A stretch of DNA of 39,506 nt from positions 1-39,506 of IMG/VR virus record IMGVR_UViG_3300032294_001287; one strand, written 5' to 3'. This document shows, in pieces, positions 31,531 through 39,506 of this stretch; positions within the stretch are counted from its first letter, which is position 1, and each line of letters starts with the position of its first letter. This DNA is from a virus (taxonomy: Duplodnaviria; Caudoviricetes). Position numbers and translations under genes: made by a program. The notes under the pieces were generated by a model. That model was not told the DNA's origin and did not search any database. It saw only the letters and a list, made by a program, of their open reading frames with translations.

Positions 31531-32517
31531 ATGAAGGGATTAAAACTAACGCCCACAGCCAAGCTAAGCGAGGCTGAATGGCAAACTCTGCGCCAGTCTT
31601 TTGTAGACCGAGGTATGGTAGGCGGATCAGATGCCGGTACACTGCTCGGACTCAACAAATATAAAAGCCCAATCAATCTTTACTACCAGTCAATTGGTAT
31701 CAACAGCCTACCAAGTAAGATGAATGGCGCCATGCTTCACGGTAAGCAGCTGGAAGACTACGTTGCTTCTTGCTGGCAGTACTATGATGGAACCGAGGAC
31801 GGATGGGTGGCAAACACACTCGCCGACAATAAGATTAAAAAGTATAAGAAATACAAGTACATCGTAGAGAATCCGAAGTATCCTACCCTGTTTGCAAACA
31901 TTGATGGCATCATCACTAAGCACCCAGACAGAAAGGGTAAGGGCATTCTTGAGGTGAAGACTATCTCTGGATACTCTGCAGACTCATACGAGGCTGGTCT
32001 TCCCCCGAGCTACCTCCTTCAGGTGCAGCACTACATGCTCGTTACTGGGCTTAAGTATGGCGAAATAGTATACCTAAAAGATGGACGCGACCTAGGTGTT
32101 GTACCCATCGAGGCAGACAGAGATATTCAGGATATGATACTTGGCGCAGCTGAGGAGTTCAACAGCAGGGTTATGGCAGCTAAGTCTGTACTCTCTGGAT
32201 TGTTTGATGAAAACGAAAGGCTTCAAGCTGCATCAGAGTTCGAGCCAGATGCTGACAACAGCATGGCGTTTAATGAATTCATTTCAGAAAAGCACAAGGC
32301 TCGGGAGAACGAGGTTTCCATTGATGGAACAGACGAGCACGAGCAGTGGGCCTACACATATGTTGAGCTATCCGCCAAGCTTAAAGAGGTTGAGTCAGAG
32401 AAACAGCTCTACCAGAACAGACTCAAGCAGGCTATGGAAAAGGAAGGTGCAACAAACATGAACCTTCCGAACGGGAAGATCTCATGGAGAAAACAATTCA
32501 ACGTAAGACTAAAATAA
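31531..32517 (+). CDS. YqaJ-like (lambda-exonuclease family) recombination nuclease
   Basis: VGGSDAGTLLGLNKYKSP, HGKQLE, ANIDG, LEVKT, QVQHYM. Confidence 0.92.
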   Translation: MKGLKLTPTAKLSEAEWQTLRQSFVDRGMVGGSDAGTLLGLNKYKSPINLYYQSIGINSLPSKMNGAMLHGKQLEDYVASCWQYYDGTEDGWVANTLADNKIKKYKKYKYIVENPKYPTLFANIDGIITKHPDRKGKGILEVKTISGYSADSYEAGLPPSYLLQVQHYMLVTGLKYGEIVYLKDGRDLGVVPIEADRDIQDMILGAAEEFNSRVMAAKSVLSGLFDENERLQAASEFEPDADNSMAFNEFISEKHKARENEVSIDGTDEHEQWAYTYVELSAKLKEVESEKQLYQNRLKQAMEKEGATNMNLPNGKISWRKQFNVRLK

Positions 32518-32523
32518 ATACTA

Positions 32524-32913
32524 ATGATCAAGCTTAACGAATTAGAAAAGGCAATGAAGGGTCAATTCATATGGGACAGATCAGGATTAAAACCAATGCA
32601 GGTTCTTGAAGAGTATGAAGGAAACAAAGAACTGGCTAGAACAATATTCGTAGGTCTTGCAGACATGTATGGATTCGATGGACTAGACGTGATGGAATAT
32701 GTAGACTGTGGATATGATTCTTACAGACACAAGCTGTCACAGTTTAGAGAGATGTATAAAGCTGGTTTAGACAGAGATGACAAAGGAGAACTTAAAAACT
32801 ACGATGATGGAGTGACAAAGTTCTACACTAAGGTTAGACTCTGCCTGTCAGCAATCAAGTTCCAGACTGGAAGAAATGCATTTCTAAACATTGAAAACTA
32901 CATAATCATATGA
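32524..32913 (+). CDS. Hypothetical protein, possibly a degenerate HTH
   Basis: 129 aa; ELARTIFVGLA weakly recalls DnaA domain IV. Confidence 0.55.
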   Translation: MIKLNELEKAMKGQFIWDRSGLKPMQVLEEYEGNKELARTIFVGLADMYGFDGLDVMEYVDCGYDSYRHKLSQFREMYKAGLDRDDKGELKNYDDGVTKFYTKVRLCLSAIKFQTGRNAFLNIENYIII

Positions 32914-33485
32914 CGCTAATATTCGACAGTAACATTGCAAAGAAGCTCAGCCTAAACCCTACCCAGTATCTGGTGGCACAGGCTTGTGCAAACTATGCGC
33001 CAATGATGAAGTCGACCAGCGCCATACATCAAGAGCTTAACATGGCGTCGTCTTACTGCAGCACAGCTGTCAGGCATCTGGTAGATGTCGGACTCCTTGA
33101 GGCTGCTGCAAACGGATCATACTACCCAACACCAAAGTGGTACATCGCCCATGATGGTGATGATGTTGAGGTGGTGTCATCCAAAGATAAAGAGGCAGCT
33201 CAGGTGATTGAATACTTCAACGATATCAATGGCACCAAGTACCAAATACCAGCCAATGTGGATCTAGTTTCTAGGCTGATGAAGACTAACCCTAAGCTTA
33301 CTATAGACCACTTCAAGAGTGTCATAGTACACAAGCACAGAACGTGGGGAACGGACGAGAAGATGGCGCAATACAACCGACCATCAACACTATTCTCTTC
33401 TAAGTTCATGCGCTACCTAGACGAGGCTAACCACTACTGGATGACAGAGAGTAAAAGATCAACAATAAACTGGCTATCACAATGA
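32910..33485 (+). CDS. Putative replication initiator (N-terminal wHTH plus conserved phage C-terminal domain)
   Basis: VIEYFN...DHFKSVI..K...W...KMAQYNRPSTLF..KF..YL resembles Phg_2220_C; precedes primase-helicase. Confidence 0.75.
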   Translation: MTLIFDSNIAKKLSLNPTQYLVAQACANYAPMMKSTSAIHQELNMASSYCSTAVRHLVDVGLLEAAANGSYYPTPKWYIAHDGDDVEVVSSKDKEAAQVIEYFNDINGTKYQIPANVDLVSRLMKTNPKLTIDHFKSVIVHKHRTWGTDEKMAQYNRPSTLFSSKFMRYLDEANHYWMTESKRSTINWLSQ

Positions 33486-35215
33486 CACACTACGACAGAC
33501 TAACACAGCTAGGCATAGAGTGCCGCAACACCTCCGGAAACCAGAAGGTGGTGTGCCCATTCTGTTCCTCCAGCAGGAAGAACAAGAGGGACAGGTCTCT
33601 CTCTGTTGATGTTGTGAATGGCTTATATAACTGCCATCACTGTTCAGCATCTGGGAGTGTTGCTGTTTACGAACCTAAGAAGGAGTACATAAAGCCAGCC
33701 CCCGAGCTGCGTCAGCTTAGTGAGTCTGTCATCAAATGGTTTGAATCAAGAGGCATCACATCCTACACACTGCAGAGGTACAAGATTACAGAGGGGGTAG
33801 ACTACATGCCACAGGTTAATGGAGAGGTTAAGACTATTCATTTTAACTATTTCTATAATGAAGAACTTATCAACATTAAGTACCGAGATCGTGATAAGAA
33901 TTTTAAGCTGGTCAGCGGCGCTGCTCTATTACCTTATGGTATTGACGTGGCTCTCGATAATTCTACCGATGTGCTGGTTATATGTGAAGGTGAGATCGAT
34001 GTTCTCTCGCTTTACGAAGCTGGTATAAAGAACGCAGTATCTGTACCTAATGGCGCCAGCAAGGGTAGCCAGAAGCTAGAATGGCTGGAAGAATTCTACC
34101 ATGTGTTTGAAGGCAAGAAGATTGTCATCGCCACAGACATGGATGAGGCTGGCATATCTCTACGCAATGAGCTTGCAAGAAGACTAGGCAAGGATCGATG
34201 CAAGATTATGGAGATGCCACACAAGGACGCCAACGAGACGCTACTTAATGATGGCAAGGATGCGCTAGTAGAGTGTTACAATAACGCCAAACCATTCCCC
34301 ATTGAAGGTATAGACGACGCATCATCTGTTTACTCAGACCTGATTAATCTATACGAGCATGGTGTACCAAAGGGATACAGCTCTGGTTGGGATATGGACA
34401 CAGACTGGATTGTTCAGCTCGGTCAGGTTAACCTAATCACAGGCATACCCGGGCATGGTAAATCAACATGGCTTAAGAACCTAGTCTACAGACTTGCTGA
34501 GAGACACGGACTGAAGTCATTCATCTACTCAGCTGAGGAGGCGAACACTGCATTTGCTATCTCTGATCTTCTTCAGATAGCTACCGGCAAAACATTCTTT
34601 GAATCTCCAAAGAGGATCGCCAAGTATGATATAGATAAGTGGATGCCATTCATGCAGGATCACTTCAAGTTCTACCGCATGGCTGATAACGACATGACTA
34701 TCGACTCAATCATTGAGAAGGGTAAGCAGATGGTTAAGCAGTTTGGTGTGAACATCATGGTGATCGACAACATGAGCACGGTTGAGAAGTCTATGTCCAA
34801 AGAGTCAGACACTAGACACCACCAGATTAAGAACATGCTGAATGATGTAGCATCATTTGCTAGAACATACGACGTGGCAGTGTTCCTTGTGGCCCACCCA
34901 AAGAAGATGCAGGAGATGAAGGCTGGCATCTACAGGGTTCCCAATGGCTACGATGTTGGTGACAGCTCACACTGGTACAACCTAGCAGACAATGGACTCA
35001 CTGTGTACAGAAACTTCCAGACTGGTCAGTCAGAAATACACAGGTGGAAGGTAAGGTTCAAACACTCTGGTAAGGTTGGCACTTCATACTTCAAGTTCAA
35101 GGTAGACACTGGAGTATTCGAGTCAACAGAGAAAGTAAACGATGGATCAGACACTTCAAAATTTGTAGGACAATCATATGAAAAAGAATTCACCGCCCTC
35201 CCAAGTCCTTTTTAA
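33482..35215 (+). CDS. Primase-helicase (T7 gp4/Twinkle-like)
   Basis: Zn finger CPFC...CHHC; TOPRIM ICEGEIDVLS, SVPNGA, DMDEAG, KDANE; helicase TGIPGHGKS, VIDN, LVAHP. Confidence 0.93.
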   Translation: MTHYDRLTQLGIECRNTSGNQKVVCPFCSSSRKNKRDRSLSVDVVNGLYNCHHCSASGSVAVYEPKKEYIKPAPELRQLSESVIKWFESRGITSYTLQRYKITEGVDYMPQVNGEVKTIHFNYFYNEELINIKYRDRDKNFKLVSGAALLPYGIDVALDNSTDVLVICEGEIDVLSLYEAGIKNAVSVPNGASKGSQKLEWLEEFYHVFEGKKIVIATDMDEAGISLRNELARRLGKDRCKIMEMPHKDANETLLNDGKDALVECYNNAKPFPIEGIDDASSVYSDLINLYEHGVPKGYSSGWDMDTDWIVQLGQVNLITGIPGHGKSTWLKNLVYRLAERHGLKSFIYSAEEANTAFAISDLLQIATGKTFFESPKRIAKYDIDKWMPFMQDHFKFYRMADNDMTIDSIIEKGKQMVKQFGVNIMVIDNMSTVEKSMSKESDTRHHQIKNMLNDVASFARTYDVAVFLVAHPKKMQEMKAGIYRVPNGYDVGDSSHWYNLADNGLTVYRNFQTGQSEIHRWKVRFKHSGKVGTSYFKFKVDTGVFESTEKVNDGSDTSKFVGQSYEKEFTALPSPF

Positions 35216-35522
35216 GGAGAACTGGAAGGCAACAAGATCAGGAGGCAAGCTCCTAGAGTGGGTTCCTGACAGGTCGGGGGAAGACATACTTGTCCCTGCA
35301 AAGCTTGATGAGATAACACCCGGCAGGTTATTATACATGAGGGGTGTATGGAAGCCAAGGGAGTTTTACCCAACACGCTTTCACCATTCGATGAGTTGGA
35401 ATTCAGTAAAGGAATTATATAAAACAGGAAGGATATGGCGCTTAACGCAAGAAACAAAGGACACGCTTACGAGCTATGGGTACGAGACTTCTTTCGCAGA
35501 CTCGGATGGACAAGATCAGTAA
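35178..35522 (+). CDS. Hypothetical protein
   Basis: 114 aa, overlaps both neighbours. Confidence 0.5.
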   Translation: MKKNSPPSQVLFKENWKATRSGGKLLEWVPDRSGEDILVPAKLDEITPGRLLYMRGVWKPREFYPTRFHHSMSWNSVKELYKTGRIWRLTQETKDTLTSYGYETSFADSDGQDQ

Positions 35523-35776
35523 GCTCAAGATCTGAATCAAAGAACAAGGACGATCAAGGTATCGACCTGTGCTTTACAGATCCTTTTAATATCCAGTGCA
35601 AAGCTGTAGAAAAACTCGGCAGCCTTCACGATGTATTAAACTCCATGCCTAACGATGAAAACTACAACATCGTATTCCACAAGCGCAACCGCAAGGGAAC
35701 AATAGTCGCCATGAAACTTGAAGACTTTGAAGAGCTGCTTGAAATGCTTATCAAAAACCAAATCATAAACCCATGA
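35435..35776 (+). CDS. Holliday junction resolvase-like PD-(D/E)XK nuclease
   Basis: ARNKGHAYE, GIDL, NIQCK, VFHKRNR. Confidence 0.7.
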   Translation: MALNARNKGHAYELWVRDFFRRLGWTRSVSSRSESKNKDDQGIDLCFTDPFNIQCKAVEKLGSLHDVLNSMPNDENYNIVFHKRNRKGTIVAMKLEDFEELLEMLIKNQIINP

Positions 35777-35916
35777 ATCTCTCAATCGAAACAGGGAAGA
35801 TCGATGTATTCTTCGTGACTCCCATCATCTCACTCATCCATTACCCGGGCGAGAAGCTCGAGCTTGGTGCGTATCTATTCAATTATTTTTTAACCATAAA
35901 TCTCAAGTATGAGTAA
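35773..35916 (+). CDS. Small hypothetical protein (47 aa), not in ORF track
   Basis: MNLSIETGKIDVFFVTPIISLIHY...; ATGA-coupled, fills the gap. Confidence 0.5.
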   Translation: MNLSIETGKIDVFFVTPIISLIHYPGEKLELGAYLFNYFLTINLKYE

Positions 35917-36172
35917 CCAGCAATCCGCCGGAGCGGCGTGGAAGAAGACCGTTCAAACATCTAACGGCCCAGTAGAAATCCTGTCAATCACCATTGGCGA
36001 CAAGCGCTACAGCGCATGGCCCAACTCCTTCAAGAAGGAAGGTGAGAAGACCCCAGACTATCGTCTTAGAGAGGATAACTACGAACCAAAGGTAAGTCCT
36101 GAAGTAGCAAGAGAGGCTGCTATCAACAATCAAAGGTTGAAGCAAATCCAAAGCGAAGACTTACCATTCTAA
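35909..36172 (+). CDS. Putative single-stranded DNA-binding protein
   Basis: GAAWKK...PNSFK...PDYR and acidic EDLPF C-terminal tail. Confidence 0.6.
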   Translation: MSNQQSAGAAWKKTVQTSNGPVEILSITIGDKRYSAWPNSFKKEGEKTPDYRLREDNYEPKVSPEVAREAAINNQRLKQIQSEDLPF

Positions 36173-36176
36173 ACCA

Positions 36177-36201
36177 AGGGGGAGGGAAACCTCCCCTCTT
36201 T
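36177..36201 (+). terminator. Hairpin / weak intrinsic terminator
   Basis: GGGGAGG-GAAA-CCTCCCC followed by TCTTT, after the SSB-like gene. Confidence 0.5.
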
Positions 36202-36212
36202 AAAAACCTTTT

Positions 36213-36506
36213 ATGCTAGTACTAACATCACACGAAACAAACGAAGACGCAATACACATTGACTACCACATTGAAGAGAACGAAGGAATCATGTCACTTG
36301 TATACTCATCCGCATTCAAGTGTCCCGGTGACGAAGCTGCACTGCTTGATGATAACGGCGACTGCATTAAGATAACTGTAGGCGATTGTGAGATCACTCT
36401 TGACTACGACGAGGCAGAGCAGGTTCTTGCACTTATGCTTGCATCATACACCAAGGCTGGGCAGAAGATGAAAATATTAAAAACTGAAAACATAGTAAGC
36501 ATATGA
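36213..36506 (+). CDS. Hypothetical protein
   Basis: 97 aa, ATGA-coupled to the kinase. Confidence 0.55.
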   Translation: MLVLTSHETNEDAIHIDYHIEENEGIMSLVYSSAFKCPGDEAALLDDNGDCIKITVGDCEITLDYDEAEQVLALMLASYTKAGQKMKILKTENIVSI

Positions 36507-37054
36507 TTTGGGCACTGAGTGGATACGCAGCAACGGGTAAAGATACAGTAGCATCTATTGTGCAGAGTATCATACCTGACTTTCAAAATAAAAAGTTCGC
36601 CGACAAACTAAAACAGATTGCCTCTGTAATGACTGGACTACCAGCAATACACTTTGAGGATCGCGATCTAAAAGAGTCACAGCTGGATGAGATGTGGGGG
36701 ATGACAGCTCGGGAGTTCTTGCAGAAGCTTGGCACTGACGCCATCAGAACACACCTCCACCCTAACGCATGGGTGAATGCTTTGATGTCTGAATACAGGC
36801 CGCCAAAGATGTCTGAATACAACCCATCCAAGTGGATCATCACAGACGTAAGGTTCCCTAATGAGGCGCAAGCTATCAAGGAAAGAGGTGGTGTGGTTGT
36901 GAGAGTTAACCGCCCGGGATTTGGCCCAGTAAACGGACACAAGAGTGAGACCGCCATGGACGATTGGGAACATGACTACATTATAGATAATGATGGAGAC
37001 ATATACAAGCTAAGACAAAAAGTAGAAAACTTTCTTTTATGGTTGAAGAACTAA
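36503..37054 (+). CDS. Deoxynucleoside monophosphate kinase
   Basis: SGYAATGKDT P-loop, FADKLK, REFLQKLGTD, ITDVRFPNE, HKSE. Confidence 0.92.
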   Translation: MIWALSGYAATGKDTVASIVQSIIPDFQNKKFADKLKQIASVMTGLPAIHFEDRDLKESQLDEMWGMTAREFLQKLGTDAIRTHLHPNAWVNALMSEYRPPKMSEYNPSKWIITDVRFPNEAQAIKERGGVVVRVNRPGFGPVNGHKSETAMDDWEHDYIIDNDGDIYKLRQKVENFLLWLKN

Positions 37055-37182
37055 AGCAGATGTACGTATCCCTCTCCCGAGCCGTCGAGGAAGGCAACGA
37101 ACTAAAGATAGGAATCGTAATCGGTCAGGTGTTATCTAAACTAAACGAACTAATCAATGAAGCTCACAGGCAGCCAGAGTGA
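37039..37182 (+). CDS. Small hypothetical protein (47 aa), not in ORF track
   Basis: MVEELKQMYVSLSRAVEEGNELKIGIVIGQVLSKLNELINEAHRQPE. Confidence 0.45.
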   Translation: MVEELKQMYVSLSRAVEEGNELKIGIVIGQVLSKLNELINEAHRQPE

Positions 37183-37450
37183 ATCGATGGAGCTACTATA
37201 CTCCTCAGTGAATAACGCAATCATGTATGCAGAGGATCTGTCTATGGATGTAAGGATAAAGCCTGCCATGATCCAGTTCCTAAATAAGCTAAGGTGGATA
37301 AAGACCAACATCGACATAAGGATACCGGCAGACAGGAGGAAGGAAGCAGAGTCTAGGGACACCCTGTTCTATGACGAGCTTCTCAGGATGGCTACGCTTC
37401 TTAATCAAGAACAGAAGGATAAGCTAGAAGAATTTTTAAAAACAATATAA
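37157..37450 (+). CDS. Hypothetical protein
   Basis: 97 aa in the operon. Confidence 0.6.
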   Translation: MKLTGSQSESMELLYSSVNNAIMYAEDLSMDVRIKPAMIQFLNKLRWIKTNIDIRIPADRRKEAESRDTLFYDELLRMATLLNQEQKDKLEEFLKTI

Positions 37451-37452
37451 CC

Positions 37453-37653
37453 ATGCCAGACATTACAATGTGTAGCGGAAAGGATTGCCCCTACAAAGAA
37501 AACTGTTACAGGTTCACAGCTAAACCCTGCGAATACCAATCTTACTTTTCTACCCCGCCAATTAAGGATGGGAAGTGTGACTACTTCTGGGGAGAGAATG
37601 CTGAGTCTATTTGGAATAACTTAAAAGATATCACCAATGAAGGCGACGATTGA
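37453..37653 (+). CDS. Small Cys-rich phage protein
   Basis: MPDITMCSGKDCPYKENCYRF...CDYFW. Confidence 0.7.
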   Translation: MPDITMCSGKDCPYKENCYRFTAKPCEYQSYFSTPPIKDGKCDYFWGENAESIWNNLKDITNEGDD

Positions 37654-37861
37654 GTTCAACCTGCCAGAGGAAGAGACAGAACACAGGCGAATGCTTAAGG
37701 CTGTCGACCTTGTGATCGCCATCAACCAGATGGATCTCTTTCTTAGGAATAAGATCAAGTACAACGAGCTTAGCGATGACGCGTCAAACGCTTTCAGGTC
37801 AGCTCGGGAGGAGCTTCACAGCATACTTAACGATTACAACATAAACCTTGAAGAGCTATGA
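37637..37861 (+). CDS. Small hypothetical phage protein
   Basis: MKATIEFNLPEE N-terminus, a recurrent small phage protein type. Confidence 0.65.
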   Translation: MKATIEFNLPEEETEHRRMLKAVDLVIAINQMDLFLRNKIKYNELSDDASNAFRSAREELHSILNDYNINLEEL

Positions 37862-38049
37862 ATAAGCTAGTACAACGCAGATACAAATGCAAGTGCGGCC
37901 ACGAGCTGAAGGATTACGTGTGGGACAGCGATGTCCACAGCAAGACATTCCAATGCCCAGACTGTGGTGATACGCTAGGATTTAATAACATAAAGGTGGA
38001 GAAGGTGGGCAAATCAGCAGCCATCAGAACGCCAACTAAAAACAGATAG
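37858..38049 (+). CDS. Zinc-ribbon protein
   Basis: CKCG...CPDCG. Confidence 0.65.
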   Translation: MNKLVQRRYKCKCGHELKDYVWDSDVHSKTFQCPDCGDTLGFNNIKVEKVGKSAAIRTPTKNR

Positions 38050-38050
38050 T

Positions 38051-38335
38051 ATGGAAAATAAAAGATGTCCAAACGTGTCACATGTTGTCATGTGCGACTG
38101 CAAAGATGAGTGTGCCACCCTTAAGTCATTCATAATTTCAATGACACCAAAAGAAAAAGCAGAAGAGTTGGTAACTAAATTCCAGCAAAGCAGAGATGCA
38201 GAAGATTATAATGATGTTAGGGATATTCATGCCGCAATAAGATGTGCATTAATAGCAGTAGATGAGATACTAAGATATGTAGACCGAGACATTCGGTTCT
38301 GGTTAGAAGTAAAAGATGAAATAGAAAAACTATAG
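38051..38335 (+). CDS. Hypothetical phage protein (MTPKEKAEELV type; start may be 38140)
   Basis: MTPKEKAEELV...CALIAVDEIL...W.EVK.EIEKL. Confidence 0.6.
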   Translation: MENKRCPNVSHVVMCDCKDECATLKSFIISMTPKEKAEELVTKFQQSRDAEDYNDVRDIHAAIRCALIAVDEILRYVDRDIRFWLEVKDEIEKL

Positions 38336-38491
38336 CAGTAAGATAATGTGCAATAAACTGCACATTAAGCAGTGTTTTTGTCCCTTATGACGGATGTTAT
38401 ACATATAAGTGCTATAGACTGCACTATGATTAGGTTTAAAAACGAACCAAAATTTATACTCACAGTATCATTATAAACAAAAAAACAAACT

Positions 38492-38719
38492 ATGAAACAA
38501 ACAGCAGTAGAATGGTTGATTAATAGAATTGCAGAAAAGGAATTACGAACAGAAATAGAATGGAAAGAAATATTTGAACAAGCCAAAGCAATGGAGAAAG
38601 AGCAGATTGAGAATGCTTATTGGGATGGAGGTCAAGATGTACCTACTACAGAAAAAATATGTGAACAATACTACGCCCAAACCTATAACCAAAACCAACC
38701 CTCACCCCCTAAACCTTAG
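38492..38719 (+). CDS. MKQTAVEW-type small protein, copy 1
   Basis: MKQTAVEWL...AKAMEKEQI..AY...YY.QTY. Confidence 0.7.
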   Translation: MKQTAVEWLINRIAEKELRTEIEWKEIFEQAKAMEKEQIENAYWDGGQDVPTTEKICEQYYAQTYNQNQPSPPKP

Positions 38720-38722
38720 TAT

Positions 38723-38941
38723 ATGATACAGACAGCAGTAGAATACATAATAGATAAAGTCAAGTCAACAGAATGGCAAGATATGTTTATATGGCATAAA
38801 GAAGAAGTATTTGAACAAGCTAAAAAATTAGAAAAGGAGCAGATAATGAATGCTTATAATGATGGAAGAATATGTATAAAGCCATTAGATGTAATGGTTG
38901 AAGAAGAATACTACAACCAAACCTATAACCAAAACAAATAA
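38723..38941 (+). CDS. MKQTAVEW-type small protein, copy 2
   Basis: MIQTAVEYI...AKKLEKEQI..AY...YYNQTY. Confidence 0.7.
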   Translation: MIQTAVEYIIDKVKSTEWQDMFIWHKEEVFEQAKKLEKEQIMNAYNDGRICIKPLDVMVEEEYYNQTYNQNK

Positions 38942-38944
38942 CCT

Positions 38945-39181
38945 ATGAACAAAGAAACAAAATGGACACTTGAATCAATTAAGATTGAATTAATTAGATG
39001 GGGTGATGATGTTGGAAAATATAAGGGTACAATAGTTTTTAGAAACGAAGATGCAGACCAATTTACTTTTCAATTGAACCCTACTTTAGCTAACGCTTAT
39101 TTAGAGTTAATTAAAGACACAGTTTTGTTGTCAGCTAATCAGTTAGTAGAAAAATTAAAACAATCATTAGAAAACAAATAA
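38945..39181 (+). CDS. Hypothetical protein
   Basis: 78 aa, flanked by 19 bp direct repeats. Confidence 0.6.
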   Translation: MNKETKWTLESIKIELIRWGDDVGKYKGTIVFRNEDADQFTFQLNPTLANAYLELIKDTVLLSANQLVEKLKQSLENK

Positions 39182-39184
39182 CCT

Positions 39185-39412
39185 ATGAAACAAACGGCAG
39201 TAGAATGGTTGATTAAGGAAATTAAAAACTTTGATAGTGGTCGTAGCGAATACTATAGTAAAGTAGCAATCTATAATCACGCTTATAGAATGGAGAAAGA
39301 GCAGATATTTGATGCATGGGATAGCGCATTAATAAACACCCACATTGCAAGCAACTCTATTGGTGTGCCTTACGATAAAGAGAAATACTACAACGAAACA
39401 TATAACAAATGA
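39185..39412 (+). CDS. MKQTAVEW-type small protein, copy 3
   Basis: MKQTAVEWL...MEKEQI..AW...YYNETY. Confidence 0.7.
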   Translation: MKQTAVEWLIKEIKNFDSGRSEYYSKVAIYNHAYRMEKEQIFDAWDSALINTHIASNSIGVPYDKEKYYNETYNK

Positions 39413-39506
39413 TCACCAACGAGCAGAATGTTTTAAACGCCAACATCCCCAACCTTAAACTAAAGGTTCGTAGGAGCTGGCTTACCAAGAAAGAAGAAGA
39501 TCGAAA
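39409..39506 (+). CDS. Partial ORF running off the window
   Basis: ATGA-coupled start MITNEQNVLNANIP..., open to the end. Confidence 0.5.
   Translation, partial: MITNEQNVLNANIPNLKLKVRRSWLTKKEEDR

Noticed and set aside
1-39506. Amber (TAG) stop-codon reassignment suggested by the CUA-containing tRNA
   Set aside because: Long genes are uninterrupted under code 11; reading through the TAG stops at 6100 and 5204 gives only short extensions into terminator regions

Overview
A ~39.5 kb segment of a tailed dsDNA phage, very probably infecting Bacteroidota (TAnnTTTG promoters, A-rich translation starts without Shine-Dalgarno, Bacteroidota-type integrase). The left half (1-19.8 kb, minus strand) is a late module: tail fibre (runs off the edge and is absent from the ORF track), capsid, scaffold, large portal, terminase, three glycosyltransferases, SPFH protein, nucleases, GroES-like protein, amidase endolysin and an HNH protein. 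The right half (plus strand) holds an early array of tiny ORFs, a lysogeny module (Xis-like HTH, an apparently intact attP, two tyrosine recombinases, XRE repressor) and a replication/recombination module (Rad52-like annealase, YqaJ exonuclease, primase-helicase, resolvase-like, SSB-like, dNMP kinase). The most unusual content is RNA-level. A consensus promoter drives a ~325 nt structured leader ending in a type III hammerhead ribozyme. Downstream, small ORFs are punctuated by four 43-48 nt mini-tRNA elements (acceptor-like stem plus T-arm, with compensatory changes, no anticodon arm). Two longer tRNA-like genes also have aberrant anticodon arms. Separately, the 9-mer CCCCCGARC occurs at least 21 times with strand bias. 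All calls come from reading the sequence and motif recognition; no searches or folding programs were run, so novelty is unverified.
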